The notes under the pieces were generated by a model, which was not told the DNA's origin, made no database searches, and saw only the letters and a program-made list of their open reading frames with translations. 64,000 bases of DNA from contig JACPLB010000003.1 of assembly GCA_016186705.1 (NCBI GenBank), positions 18,508 through 82,507 on the forward strand, read 5' to 3'. This document shows positions 18,176 to 26,596 of the stretch, in pieces. The position numbers were made by a program, and so were the translations under genes. Positions within the stretch are counted from its first letter, which is position 1. Every line of letters begins with the position of its first letter. The DNA is from Candidatus Kaiserbacteria bacterium (GTDB lineage Bacteria; Patescibacteriota; Minisyncoccia; Phycocordibacterales; JABMNX01).

Positions 18176-18443
18176 AAAACAATAATGTCCTTTAGAACAG
18201 ACCATTAAAACAACTGGCAATACGGCGGTTTTATGGTATGATTTTGCAATTAGAACGTTGTTTTTTCAAAGACCAGGTTTTACATTATTGCATAAAGTTG
18301 ACGTTCGGTAGACTTTGTTGCGTAAAAATTACAAAAAACGGAGCGTGCAAGTAGGTGTAATAGTACGGCTAACATGTTAGCCTAAAGCACAGGTCATTTT
18401 TAGATGGGAGATTATATTGTGTAGGTAAACGACAATTACATAA

Positions 18444-18516
18444 CGGGGCGTGGTGTAACGGCTAACATTCCTGATTTGGGATCAGGCGACTCCGGGTTCG
18501 AATCCCGGCGCCCCGA
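18444..18516 (+). tRNA. tRNA-Pro(TGG)
   Basis: Acceptor CGGGGCG/CGCCCCG, anticodon arm cctga-TTTGGGA-tcagg, GTTCGAATC. Confidence 0.95.
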
Positions 18517-18533
18517 TGATTGCAGGGTAATGA

Positions 18534-18577
18534 AGAAAGGATATTTTCTCAGCTATCGCTGAGAAAATATCCTTTCT
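18534..18577. repeat. palindrome with 20-bp arms, copy 1 of 2
   Basis: agaaaggatattttctcagc-tatc-gctgagaaaatatcctttct; reverse-complement copy at 51756-51793. Confidence 0.85.
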
Positions 18578-18587
18578 GAGTAGGTTC

Positions 18588-18732
18588 GGATTCGAAAGCC
18601 GCACCCCTCACATACGCGCATGTGAGGGGGAGGCGGGGTCGAGAACACTTAGTATTTTATAAGTGTACGAAGTAAAATACTTAGTGATTCGTGACCGAAT
18701 CCCGGCCTGCCTGCGGCAGGCAGGCGCCCCGA
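18588..18732 (+). mobile_element. tRNA-associated structured mini-element ending in a duplicated, interrupted tRNA-Pro 3' end
   Basis: GGATTCG/CGAATCC outer pair with nested stems; cgaatcccgg[cctgcctgcggcaggcagg]cgccccga repeats the tRNA end cgaatcccggcgccccga. Confidence 0.55.
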
Positions 18733-18772
18733 ACGTTTATGGACAGAGACTTTTTTGGTACAATCAATCTCG

Positions 18773-19834
18773 ATGGAGGATTTATTTTTTGACAATGCGT
18801 ACGAGGGATACTTATTCCTCGGAAACAGCGTTGAGGCATATATCCTCGCGCTCGGAATTTTTATCGCACTCTTTGTGGTATTCCGGCTTCTCCAGTGGGG
18901 AATACTAAAACGTCTCGAAAGCGCGGTTAAGAGAACCAAAACCGACATTGATGATACGTTCGTTGAGGTGGTGAAAAGCCTTAAACCGGCATTCTACTAC
19001 ATCCTTGCAGTCTACTTTGCACTCCGCTCCCTCGTCTTTCCGGAGCTTCTTGAGAGCATCATTGACGCCGTCATCATTGTTGTCCTCGCATACCAAGCAG
19101 TAACGGCGCTCCATATACTGCTCGACTATACCCTCAAAAGGAGAGCGGAAAAAGAGGGAGGGGAGACAAAGAAGGCACTCCGCTCCCTCGGCGTCTTTCT
19201 CAAGTGGGGGTTGTGGGCGGTCGCTATTCTCACCGTTCTCTCGAACCTTGGGGTAAACGTGACCTCACTCGTCGCAGGACTCGGCATCGGTGGCATCGCC
19301 ATCGCGCTCGCGGTCCAAAATATTCTCTCGGACCTCTTCAGTTCGTTCGCGATTTACTTCGACAAGCCCTTTGAGGTGGGGGATTTCATTATAGTCGGAG
19401 AGCACTCCGGCACTGTCGAGAAAATAGGTATCAAAACGACCCGCCTCCGCGCACTCCAGGGAGAGGAAATCGTAATCTCAAACAAGGAGCTGACCTCCGC
19501 TCGCATTCAAAACCTCAAGAAAATGAAAGAGCGGAGAGTGACGTTTACATTCGGTGTCGTCTACGGCACTTCTCTTAAAGCGTTCAGAAAAATCCCCGAA
19601 TTTGTCAGAGAAATTTTCGCCGGCCTCGCGCCGAGTGCCCGCATTGACCGCGTACACTTCAAAAAACTCTCCGAGTCGTCGCTCGATTTTGAGGTGGTCT
19701 ACTACGTGCCGACCCGCGAGTACCTCGAGTATATGAATCTTCAGGAAAAACTCAATCTCAAGCTCATCGAACGGTTCCGTGAGGAAAAAATTGAATTCGC
19801 GTACCCGACGCAAACCTTGCACCTTACCAGATAG
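18773..19834 (+). CDS. mscS: small-conductance mechanosensitive channel
   Basis: SLVAGLGIGGIAIALAVQNILSD, DKPFEVGDFI, IGIKTTRLR, IEFAYPTQT. Confidence 0.93.
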   Translation: MEDLFFDNAYEGYLFLGNSVEAYILALGIFIALFVVFRLLQWGILKRLESAVKRTKTDIDDTFVEVVKSLKPAFYYILAVYFALRSLVFPELLESIIDAVIIVVLAYQAVTALHILLDYTLKRRAEKEGGETKKALRSLGVFLKWGLWAVAILTVLSNLGVNVTSLVAGLGIGGIAIALAVQNILSDLFSSFAIYFDKPFEVGDFIIVGEHSGTVEKIGIKTTRLRALQGEEIVISNKELTSARIQNLKKMKERRVTFTFGVVYGTSLKAFRKIPEFVREIFAGLAPSARIDRVHFKKLSESSLDFEVVYYVPTREYLEYMNLQEKLNLKLIERFREEKIEFAYPTQTLHLTR

Positions 19835-19836
19835 TC

Positions 19837-21033
19837 CTATCGGCGGTCGAGATATTCCTCGAGGTGCTTTGTAAGCGCCGAGGCGGTGCTAAGATTGAAA
19901 AGTTTCGCCTTGAGGGTCAAATCTCCAAACAAAAGTCCGTCAATTGTCGTGTTCGCGTATTGAGAAAGACTGCGATTGATGTGCCCCAGCGTAATTGCCC
20001 GCAGGTCCCGCTCGGCAGTCGTGTCCGCCTTGGTACTCGTAACGATAATGCCGACGAGCATGTTTTTGTCGGAAACGGCGGCACCGCCGGATGATCCCCC
20101 TTGGGAGACAACGGTCCCGCCGATGGATATCAAATCAACAGTATTTTCTACAAACGTAAATCGTTCGGCAATGGTCGCGATGCTTGAGACGGTGTAAAGG
20201 TCTTTTTGAATGGTAATGCCGCTCAGAAATCCGGCGGGGTAGGCGGCGGCGAGCACATCATCTCCCACCTCGAGTTCTATATCATTGATATCAAAGGGAA
20301 CAAATGGGAACGTTCCTGGCAGGCTCGCGCTCGGGTCGGTGCGTCCGGTAATGCGCAGAAATGCGTAATCGTGCTCGCCCGTACCTTTCGGCTCTGTATT
20401 TACAATGTCGTGAGCATGAAGACTTATCCAGATTGGCGGAAGGTAGAGAAGTTCTGCAGTGTATATCGCCCGCGCCGGGCTTCCGGTGCGCAGGATACAC
20501 TCAAGCCCGTCTTTGACGGGGTAATCTTTGAGGAGAAAATACTGAGCGACATGGGCGTTCGTGATGACAATACCCCGCGAATCAATAACGACACCGCTTC
20601 CCGTTATCGGAGTGACCGCGCCTGCCGCTCGTTGCATGCAGAGAATATTAACAAGCGCTTTCGCGGTCTCGGTGTTGATGTAGGAGAAACTAAGCGGTAT
20701 TTCAGAGACGGCCGTCGGCGCAGGCGATGTTGACGTTACGGTAGTCTCTTCCTGTATCGCGGGTGACGGGGGAGTGTCTGCTTTTTGTTCCGTTTCAATT
20801 ACAGTGCCGCCGCCCATTTTCGGCGTTTCTGGAATGACAGTGTCAGGAAGAATAGGCACTTCCTCCATCACAGGCGCGACTTCCTGGATAATTGGAGCGG
20901 TTGTTTCTTCTAAAGCGCTACGAGCAGGGGGATTCGAGACTGTTCCAAGACCAAAGGCGGTAAAGAGAGCAATGAGTCCGATGATAACCCTGCTCGCGAT
21001 GATTTGTATGAGTCCAAAAATCGGCATGAGCAT
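19837..21033 (-). CDS. membrane-anchored trypsin-like serine protease
   Basis: GSGVVI, TNAHV, DYAFL, GSSGG triad motifs; Pro/Thr-rich stalk; start may be ATG 21027. Confidence 0.88.
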   Translation of the reverse strand: MLMPIFGLIQIIASRVIIGLIALFTAFGLGTVSNPPARSALEETTAPIIQEVAPVMEEVPILPDTVIPETPKMGGGTVIETEQKADTPPSPAIQEETTVTSTSPAPTAVSEIPLSFSYINTETAKALVNILCMQRAAGAVTPITGSGVVIDSRGIVITNAHVAQYFLLKDYPVKDGLECILRTGSPARAIYTAELLYLPPIWISLHAHDIVNTEPKGTGEHDYAFLRITGRTDPSASLPGTFPFVPFDINDIELEVGDDVLAAAYPAGFLSGITIQKDLYTVSSIATIAERFTFVENTVDLISIGGTVVSQGGSSGGAAVSDKNMLVGIIVTSTKADTTAERDLRAITLGHINRSLSQYANTTIDGLLFGDLTLKAKLFNLSTASALTKHLEEYLDRR

Positions 21034-21220
21034 CAGTATAGCACTACGTCAGGGCTTTCATTAAGTCTCTATAGCGGCCTTTTCTTATCCACAGCGGTTC
21101 ATGATGATATTGACAAATATGTTATTTCGTGTAAAATTTCTTGCATAGCTTGGCGTATGCCCAGCTTTTTGTTTATCAGCGTTCCGACATTTTTTAATGT
21201 CGGAGCTAAGACAAAAGTTC

Positions 21221-21346
21221 ATGACATTCGTATCTGACGAAACTCCCGGGATGGCTCCGGAAGGGGAACAGGCACCTGCAGAAGGAATGCCGACTGCCCC
21301 AGAAGGAGAGACTCCAAAACCGGAAGGAGAAGCGATGGCACAATAA
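21221..21346 (+). CDS. 41-aa acidic Pro/Glu/Gly repeat microprotein
   Basis: Manual translation MTFVSDETPGMAPEGEQAPAEGMPTAPEGETPKPEGEAMAQ; TTGACA(21110)-N16-TAAAAT upstream; hairpin cagcccccgc-aaaatt-gcgggggctg downstream. Confidence 0.65.
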   Translation: MTFVSDETPGMAPEGEQAPAEGMPTAPEGETPKPEGEAMAQ

Positions 21347-21422
21347 GCCAAGCATTCTCTTCAGCACACAGCCCCCGCAAAATTGCGGGGGCTGGTGCGT
21401 TTTGGTACGATTAATTTCGTTT

Positions 21423-21493
21423 GCGGGATTAGTTTAATGGCAGAATAACAGTTTTCCAAACTGTGGGCGGGAGTTCGATTCTCCCATCCCGCA
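21423..21493 (+). tRNA. tRNA-Gly(TCC)
   Basis: Acceptor GCGGGAT/ATCCCGC, anticodon arm acagt-TTTCCAA-actgt. Confidence 0.95.
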
Positions 21494-21501
21494 CATGCAC
21501 A

Positions 21502-21534
21502 CTACAAAACCCCTGCTTTGCAGGGGTTTTGTAG
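21502..21534. terminator. bidirectional terminator between tRNA-Gly and hup
   Basis: ctacaaaacccctgc-ttt-gcaggggttttgtag. Confidence 0.8.
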
Positions 21535-21552
21535 ATAGTGAGACAAGGTCTC

Positions 21553-21825
21553 TTATTTGACTGCCTCTTTGAGGGCCTTTGCCGCGCGGAACTTTGGCAC
21601 GCGCATTGCGGGGATCTGAATGGATTCACCTGTTCGTGGGTTTCGTCCGGTTCTCGCTCCGCGCATCTTAGCCTCAAAAATGCCAAGACCCGCGATTGAG
21701 ACCTCCTGGCCGCCCTTAAGGCCGTCAACGATGCTTGAAACCATCGTGTCAACTGCCCGTTCAGCGTCCGCTTTGGTTCCGCCAAGCACTCCGTGCACTT
21801 TCTCGACAATAGCTGCTTTGTTCAT
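21553..21825 (-). CDS. hup: HU DNA-binding protein
   Basis: MNKAAIVE, GLGIF, RTGRNPRTGE, VPKFRAAKALK. Confidence 0.96.
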   Translation of the reverse strand: MNKAAIVEKVHGVLGGTKADAERAVDTMVSSIVDGLKGGQEVSIAGLGIFEAKMRGARTGRNPRTGESIQIPAMRVPKFRAAKALKEAVK

Positions 21826-22079
21826 AATGTTTATATTTATGTTGCTACAAGGCGATTAATCTCGACCACGTATCGTGTCATAAATCCAGCACACACTATA
21901 GCAGTTTATGCTGTGAAATTACTGCAACTATTATATAGAACGCCGTTTTTAGCGCAATATCCCGTTATTGTATAAGTATTGCGCTACTTTTGAGCTTTTC
22001 TGTCAATAAATGAGCCGGAATTAGCGGACAAACCCGGTTGGTGAAAACTCACCTTGCTCAACTAACAGAGGAGTTATCC

Positions 22080-22107
22080 TAAAAGCTGAAAGCTAAGAGC
22101 TAAAAGC
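22080..22107. repeat. 7-bp tandem repeat, 4 units
   Basis: taaaagc tgaaagc taagagc taaaagc. Confidence 0.8.
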
Positions 22108-22115
22108 TATTTCTA

Positions 22116-23645
22116 CTACCGGGCAAATTCAATGGAACGGCTCTCCCGAATGACATTGACCTTGATTTCACCTGGATATTTCAGTTCATTCTCAATTTGG
22201 AGCGCTATGTTGCGGGCCAGATTTCGCGCTTCAAGGTCGGATACTTTTTCCGGAGTGACGAAAACCCTGATTTCACGTCCCGCCTGAATCGCGTAGCTTT
22301 TTTCAACGCCAGGGAAGTTATTCGCGATTGCCTCAAGGTCCTCGAGTCGCTTGATGTAATTTTCAACCGAGTCGCGACGCGCGCCGGGACGCCCGCCCGA
22401 TATCGCGTCGGCAACCTGCACAATCATTGATTCGGGTGTTTCGTACGGATATTCCTCGTGGTGCGCCTGCATCGCTTTGATGATTGCCTCGTCAGCCCCG
22501 AATTTCTGGAGGATCCTTCGCCCGATTTCAACATGCGTGCCCTGCACTTCGTGGTCGACGGCTTTTCCGATGTCATGAAGGAGCGCTCCGGCGCGCGCGA
22601 CATAGGGATTCGCGCCGAGCTCCTCGGCAAGCATGCCGGCAATGTGCGCCATCTCTACCGAGTGGTAGAGAACATTCTGTCCGTAGCTTGTGCGGAAGTG
22701 GAGGCGTCCGAGCACCGCTATCACGCGCGGGTCGAGGTTGTGGACTCCCGCCTCGTACGCCGCCTGTTCCCCTTTTTCTTTGATAGTCTTGTTGACCTCA
22801 TTTTTCGCTTTTTGCACGACTTCCTCGATTTTTGCCGGCTGGATGCGCCCGTCAAGAATAAGATTCTCGAGCGCAATGCGCGCCACGTGCCGGCGAATCG
22901 GGTCAAACGATGAAATCGTAATCATGTTTGGCGTATCATCAATAATTACGTCAACGCCGCTCGCGCGCTCAAACGCCTTGATGTTCCTGCCTTCTTTGCC
23001 GATGATTTTTCCCTTCACCTCGTCCGATGGAATCTGGACGGAGGTCGCCATCACGTCGTCAATGACCGAGTTTCCGAGCCGGTGGATTGACGTCGTGAGA
23101 ATGTCTTTCGCTTTTTGTTCAAGCCGCTCTTTCCCGGAGATTTCAAGTTTCTGGAGACGCACCAGGATATCTTCCTCGTACTGTTTCTCGAGGATACCGA
23201 GGAGCTCTTTTTTTGCCTCCTCCTCGCTTAAGTGTGCGATTTTTTCAAGCTCCCCCTTACGCTCCTCAACGAGCTTCTCCGCCCTCTCTTTAAACGCCCG
23301 CACTTCTTCTACTTTTTTCTTCAAATTCTCGACATCGGCGTCAATATCCCCCTGGCGCTTGTCGAGCGTGTCTTCTTTTTTAATGAGGCGGTCTTCGGCT
23401 TTTTTGAGTTGCGATTCCTTCTCCTTGAGTTCCTGCCGAAAGGTTTCGATGGATTCCTGTGCTTTCACTTCTGCATCCTGCGTGATGCGCTTCGCTTCCT
23501 CTTTCGCCTCAAGCATCATCTGCTTGATTTCAAGCTCCATTGAACCTCGTTTGCCGAGAGAAATAATCCAGCGAAGGAAATATCCAAAGGCAACGCCAAT
23601 GAGCCCCGCGAGAATGAGGAGGACCAGTACTACTTTTAATGACAT
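22116..23645 (-). CDS. rny: ribonuclease Y
   Basis: N-terminal TM, coiled coil, KH (KGKIIGKEGRNI), RTSYGQN, HD (LHDIGK), AIQAGREIRV. Confidence 0.97.
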   Translation of the reverse strand: MSLKVVLVLLILAGLIGVAFGYFLRWIISLGKRGSMELEIKQMMLEAKEEAKRITQDAEVKAQESIETFRQELKEKESQLKKAEDRLIKKEDTLDKRQGDIDADVENLKKKVEEVRAFKERAEKLVEERKGELEKIAHLSEEEAKKELLGILEKQYEEDILVRLQKLEISGKERLEQKAKDILTTSIHRLGNSVIDDVMATSVQIPSDEVKGKIIGKEGRNIKAFERASGVDVIIDDTPNMITISSFDPIRRHVARIALENLILDGRIQPAKIEEVVQKAKNEVNKTIKEKGEQAAYEAGVHNLDPRVIAVLGRLHFRTSYGQNVLYHSVEMAHIAGMLAEELGANPYVARAGALLHDIGKAVDHEVQGTHVEIGRRILQKFGADEAIIKAMQAHHEEYPYETPESMIVQVADAISGGRPGARRDSVENYIKRLEDLEAIANNFPGVEKSYAIQAGREIRVFVTPEKVSDLEARNLARNIALQIENELKYPGEIKVNVIRESRSIEFAR

Positions 23646-23649
23646 ATGC

Positions 23650-23817
23650 GAGTCAAAACCTCGCCTTTCGCTTGTTTACAGATTATATATGCCGTACTTC
23701 GGAGTCGTGTGAATGAAAAGCATCGTAAGTGTATCCAAGTGCCGCGCTTTCAGTCGTGAAGGTATATCGGTAAATAAATGAAAAGCTCGATTTCAGAAAT
23801 TAATGACAATAATGTAC
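23650..23817 (-). ncRNA. candidate 6S RNA or structured leader upstream of rny
   Basis: Extended -10 TGcTACGCT (23829-23824); imperfect complementarity between 23663-23687 and 23763-23786; ends are estimates. Confidence 0.4.
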
Positions 23818-23866
23818 GCCATAAGCGTAGCACGGAATATCCGCCGTGTCTAATTAGACAGTTCTC

Positions 23867-24460
23867 TTACTTGAGTACTTCGTCAATAATGCCGTATTTC
23901 TTGGCTTCTTCGGAGCTCATAAAGTAGTCGCGTTCAACGTCTTTCTCGATTTTGGCGAGCGTTTGCCCGGTATTTTTCGCAAGAAGCTTATTGAGATTGT
24001 CCCGTATTTTGAGAATCTGCTTTGCGGTGATTTCTATGTCGGTTGCCTGTCCTTGCGCCCCGCCCATCGGCTGGTGGATCATGATTTCTGAATTGGGGAG
24101 CGCGTACCGTTTTCCCTTTTGTCCCGCGGAAAGCAAAATCGCGGCGCCGGACGCGGCGATGCCGACGCAGACGGTGGAAACGTCGGGTTTTATGTGGTTC
24201 ATCGTGTCGAGCATCGCTAGGGTCGCGGTGACCGAGCCTCCGGGAGAATTAATGTAAAAATTGATGTCTTTTTTCTGGTCTTCCGACTCAAGAAAGAGAA
24301 GCTGGGCGATGATGAGGTTTGCCGTGTAGTCTTCAATCGGGCCGCCGAGGAAAATAATCCGCTCCTTGAGAAGGCGCGAGTAAATATCGTACGCTCGTTC
24401 GCCGTACTGCGATTTTTCCACCACCATCGGCACGAGCTGGTTTCGTGTATCAAGCTTCAT
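23867..24460 (-). CDS. clpP: ATP-dependent Clp protease proteolytic subunit
   Basis: [35 protein letters not shown]. Confidence 0.97.
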   Translation of the reverse strand: MKLDTRNQLVPMVVEKSQYGERAYDIYSRLLKERIIFLGGPIEDYTANLIIAQLLFLESEDQKKDINFYINSPGGSVTATLAMLDTMNHIKPDVSTVCVGIAASGAAILLSAGQKGKRYALPNSEIMIHQPMGGAQGQATDIEITAKQILKIRDNLNKLLAKNTGQTLAKIEKDVERDYFMSSEEAKKYGIIDEVLK

Positions 24461-24554
24461 ATGGCGCTATATATAAATATATAAACTCCTCGGCTTGGAC
24501 ATACGAAAGCACGCTTTCGTATGTCTCTCGCACTACGTCGCCTATAGTAGCACA

Positions 24555-25667
24555 TTATTCCGTTTTCTCAAGAAACGCGAAGACCGCTTCGTTTAAAAGT
24601 TGCGTCTCAAGGTACGCGTGCACGTTTTCCGGCTTTGCGTCTTTGTATTTCTTTAAAATGATATCCATCTGCCGGTGCACTTCGCCATGGTCGGCGGAGA
24701 TTCCTTCTTTTTTCGCGATGTCGTTGAGGATAAGCTGAAGCTTTGCGCGTTTTTCTGCTTGTCCTCTCCATTCGTTGCGCAAATCTTTCTCGGTTTTCTT
24801 CGTGTGCACAAGGTAGTCTTCAAATGTCATGTTCACGCGTAGGACGTCGTCTTTCATTTGCGCGAACATGCGCTCAAGTTCGCTCTCAATGAGAACATCC
24901 GGCAGTTCAGCCGATGTTTTTTCAATGAGCTTCTCCGATATGGCAACGCGCTTTTTCTCGAGCGCCTTATGTTCTTTATTCTTTTTCACGTCTTCACGGA
25001 CGCGTGCCCTGAAATCTTCAACCGTCTTGAAATCGCCAAGCGTTTGCACGAACGCATCTTCAAGTTCCGGCAGACCTTCTTCATTGGAGCTCTTACCTTC
25101 AGGCGGGATTTCGTCCGGAGCTTTTTCACCTCCGGACGGGACTTTTGCTGAAGTCCCAACTTTCTGTGTGTTATCAAATCGCGCTTTTCCTCGGCGCACC
25201 TCGGTGAGCACCTGTTCAATGTCAACGTCGGTAACATGCAGGTCGTCGGGCTCTCTCATTATTTCTCTCGCGATTGTTTTGTAGTCGGGGAGCGAGAACT
25301 CCGGAATAACTGCCGTGCGGATTTTAAAGCCGATGGGGTTTCCGGGAGCGAGTTTTGTAAGCGTTACCCGCGGAGCTCCAATAGCGTCAAGTTTTTTGTC
25401 CCGCACGAGTGCCGGATATGCGTCGGAGAGCACGAGCTCCGCAACTTCATTCATGACGCCGCTCTCCCCGAGCTTCTGAATGAGCACCTTTTCGGAAACG
25501 TGCCCCTTCCGAAAGCCGTCAATGCGCGCATTCGCGCTCAGTTTCTTCAATGCTTTCGTCCGATAGAGAGAAACTGCGGCAAGGGGAATTTCTCCCGCTA
25601 TCTCTATCTCGGAATTCTTCTGTTTCGTGACGGAAATGTTCTCGTAAAGCGTTCCTGTTTCTTTCAT
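24555..25667 (-). CDS. tig: trigger factor lacking the FKBP PPIase domain
   Basis: GFRKG ribosome-binding signature; LPDY to LPELED separated only by a short linker; C-terminal domain present; start at ATG 25667. Confidence 0.9.
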   Translation of the reverse strand: MKETGTLYENISVTKQKNSEIEIAGEIPLAAVSLYRTKALKKLSANARIDGFRKGHVSEKVLIQKLGESGVMNEVAELVLSDAYPALVRDKKLDAIGAPRVTLTKLAPGNPIGFKIRTAVIPEFSLPDYKTIAREIMREPDDLHVTDVDIEQVLTEVRRGKARFDNTQKVGTSAKVPSGGEKAPDEIPPEGKSSNEEGLPELEDAFVQTLGDFKTVEDFRARVREDVKKNKEHKALEKKRVAISEKLIEKTSAELPDVLIESELERMFAQMKDDVLRVNMTFEDYLVHTKKTEKDLRNEWRGQAEKRAKLQLILNDIAKKEGISADHGEVHRQMDIILKKYKDAKPENVHAYLETQLLNEAVFAFLEKTE

Positions 25668-25673
25668 AGTCTC

Positions 25674-25743
25674 CCCGGTAGTAGATTTTGACGATACTCG
25701 TGTAACGAGCGTGTATAGCACTTCGTCAAAATCTACTACCGGG
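25674..25743. repeat. 21-bp perfect inverted repeat upstream of tig
   Basis: cccggtagtagattttgacga (25674-25694) and tcgtcaaaatctactaccggg (25723-25743). Confidence 0.9.
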
Positions 25744-25871
25744 TCCGCCCAGTCTAGCTTTTAGAGCCCAATGTGTCAAAAAATTTTCATCTTAAAACAT
25801 AAAAAAACACCACCACACCGAGAGAAGCGAGACGCTTCTCAAGGTGGGTGGGTAAAATAGTGCCTAACGAT

Positions 25872-26126
25872 TTAGGTCTGTAATACTGCTTGGTACTCCG
25901 AGGTGGTATAGAGTTGCCCAAGTTTATGGCAGTTCTTTTTCCCCAGAATTTTCGCGACCACGCCAGCGCTGACCAAGCCTTTACCAGTTGTTCTTGCAAT
26001 TTCTCCCTCAATGAAACCATCGGTGTTGGTTTGGTACTCCTCAATGCACTTGAGAGCTTTTTCAGCGTCGGGAATGATATCACGATGATCCGCAACAAAT
26101 TTGCGTACGTGTGCAATTCTGAACAT
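25872..26126 (-). CDS. hypothetical protein
   Basis: 84-aa ORF with GGAGAGA RBS. Confidence 0.5.
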   Translation of the reverse strand: MFRIAHVRKFVADHRDIIPDAEKALKCIEEYQTNTDGFIEGEIARTTGKGLVSAGVVAKILGKKNCHKLGQLYTTSEYQAVLQT

Positions 26127-26180
26127 GTTCTCTCTCCATACTTTTCAACCATCGTTGAACTAATTGAGCATTATATCATA

Positions 26181-26213
26181 CAAAAAACGCCACAGGCACC
26201 TGTGGCGTTTTTG
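26181..26213. terminator. terminator-like palindrome, copy 2 of 2
   Basis: Reverse complement of 2043-2076 apart from one T. Confidence 0.75.
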
Positions 26214-26234
26214 ATGTGAGAAATTTTCCCTGTT

Positions 26235-26585
26235 TTAAAGTTCGTTTAAAAGCTGGTCGAGTTCCGTATCCAAGCTTTCAAGGTCAGTGCTGTTGACATC
26301 TTCTTCGATTGCTCCGATTTCGTCGGACGTTCCCTGCGATTGCAACTGGTTTACGATTGTGTCAGTCTCTTCATCCGACTGTATCGTCGGCAGGAGATCA
26401 TTTCCCTGCAGTTCATCCACTTTCGTATTGAAAAAGTACAATCCTCCGACAAGCAGGACGACAATGATGATAATAATGCCGACAAGTGGCCCAAAGGATT
26501 TCACGCTCGACGGGTCCTCTCCGAGGGTGTTCGGAGTATCTTCTCTCGGCATGTCGTTGTTATTTATTTTTTCATCCATTGCCAT
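26235..26585 (-). CDS. small single-TM protein with acidic C-terminus
   Basis: GPLVGIIIIIVVLLVGGLYF TM; QGTSDEIGAIEED. Confidence 0.75.
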   Translation of the reverse strand: MAMDEKINNNDMPREDTPNTLGEDPSSVKSFGPLVGIIIIIVVLLVGGLYFFNTKVDELQGNDLLPTIQSDEETDTIVNQLQSQGTSDEIGAIEEDVNSTDLESLDTELDQLLNEL

Positions 26586-26596
26586 AGTATAAAGGG

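Noticed and set aside
17600-18440. Definite oriC call
   Set aside because: No dnaA or dnaN in the window, the boxes are degenerate, gene orientation switches more clearly near 29.5 kb, and skew could not be computed.
18649-18948. ORFs 18649..18948 and 18663..18908
   Set aside because: They read through the palindromic element and mscS; peptides such as PACLRQAG are repeat translations.
21085-21351. 88-aa minus-strand ORF with SPSG repeats
   Set aside because: Antisense of the plus-strand PEGE microprotein, which has the promoter and terminator.
22690-23712. Long antisense ORFs such as 22690..23712, 8824..9639, 42009..42893 and 54628..55434
   Set aside because: Antisense shadows of better-supported genes.
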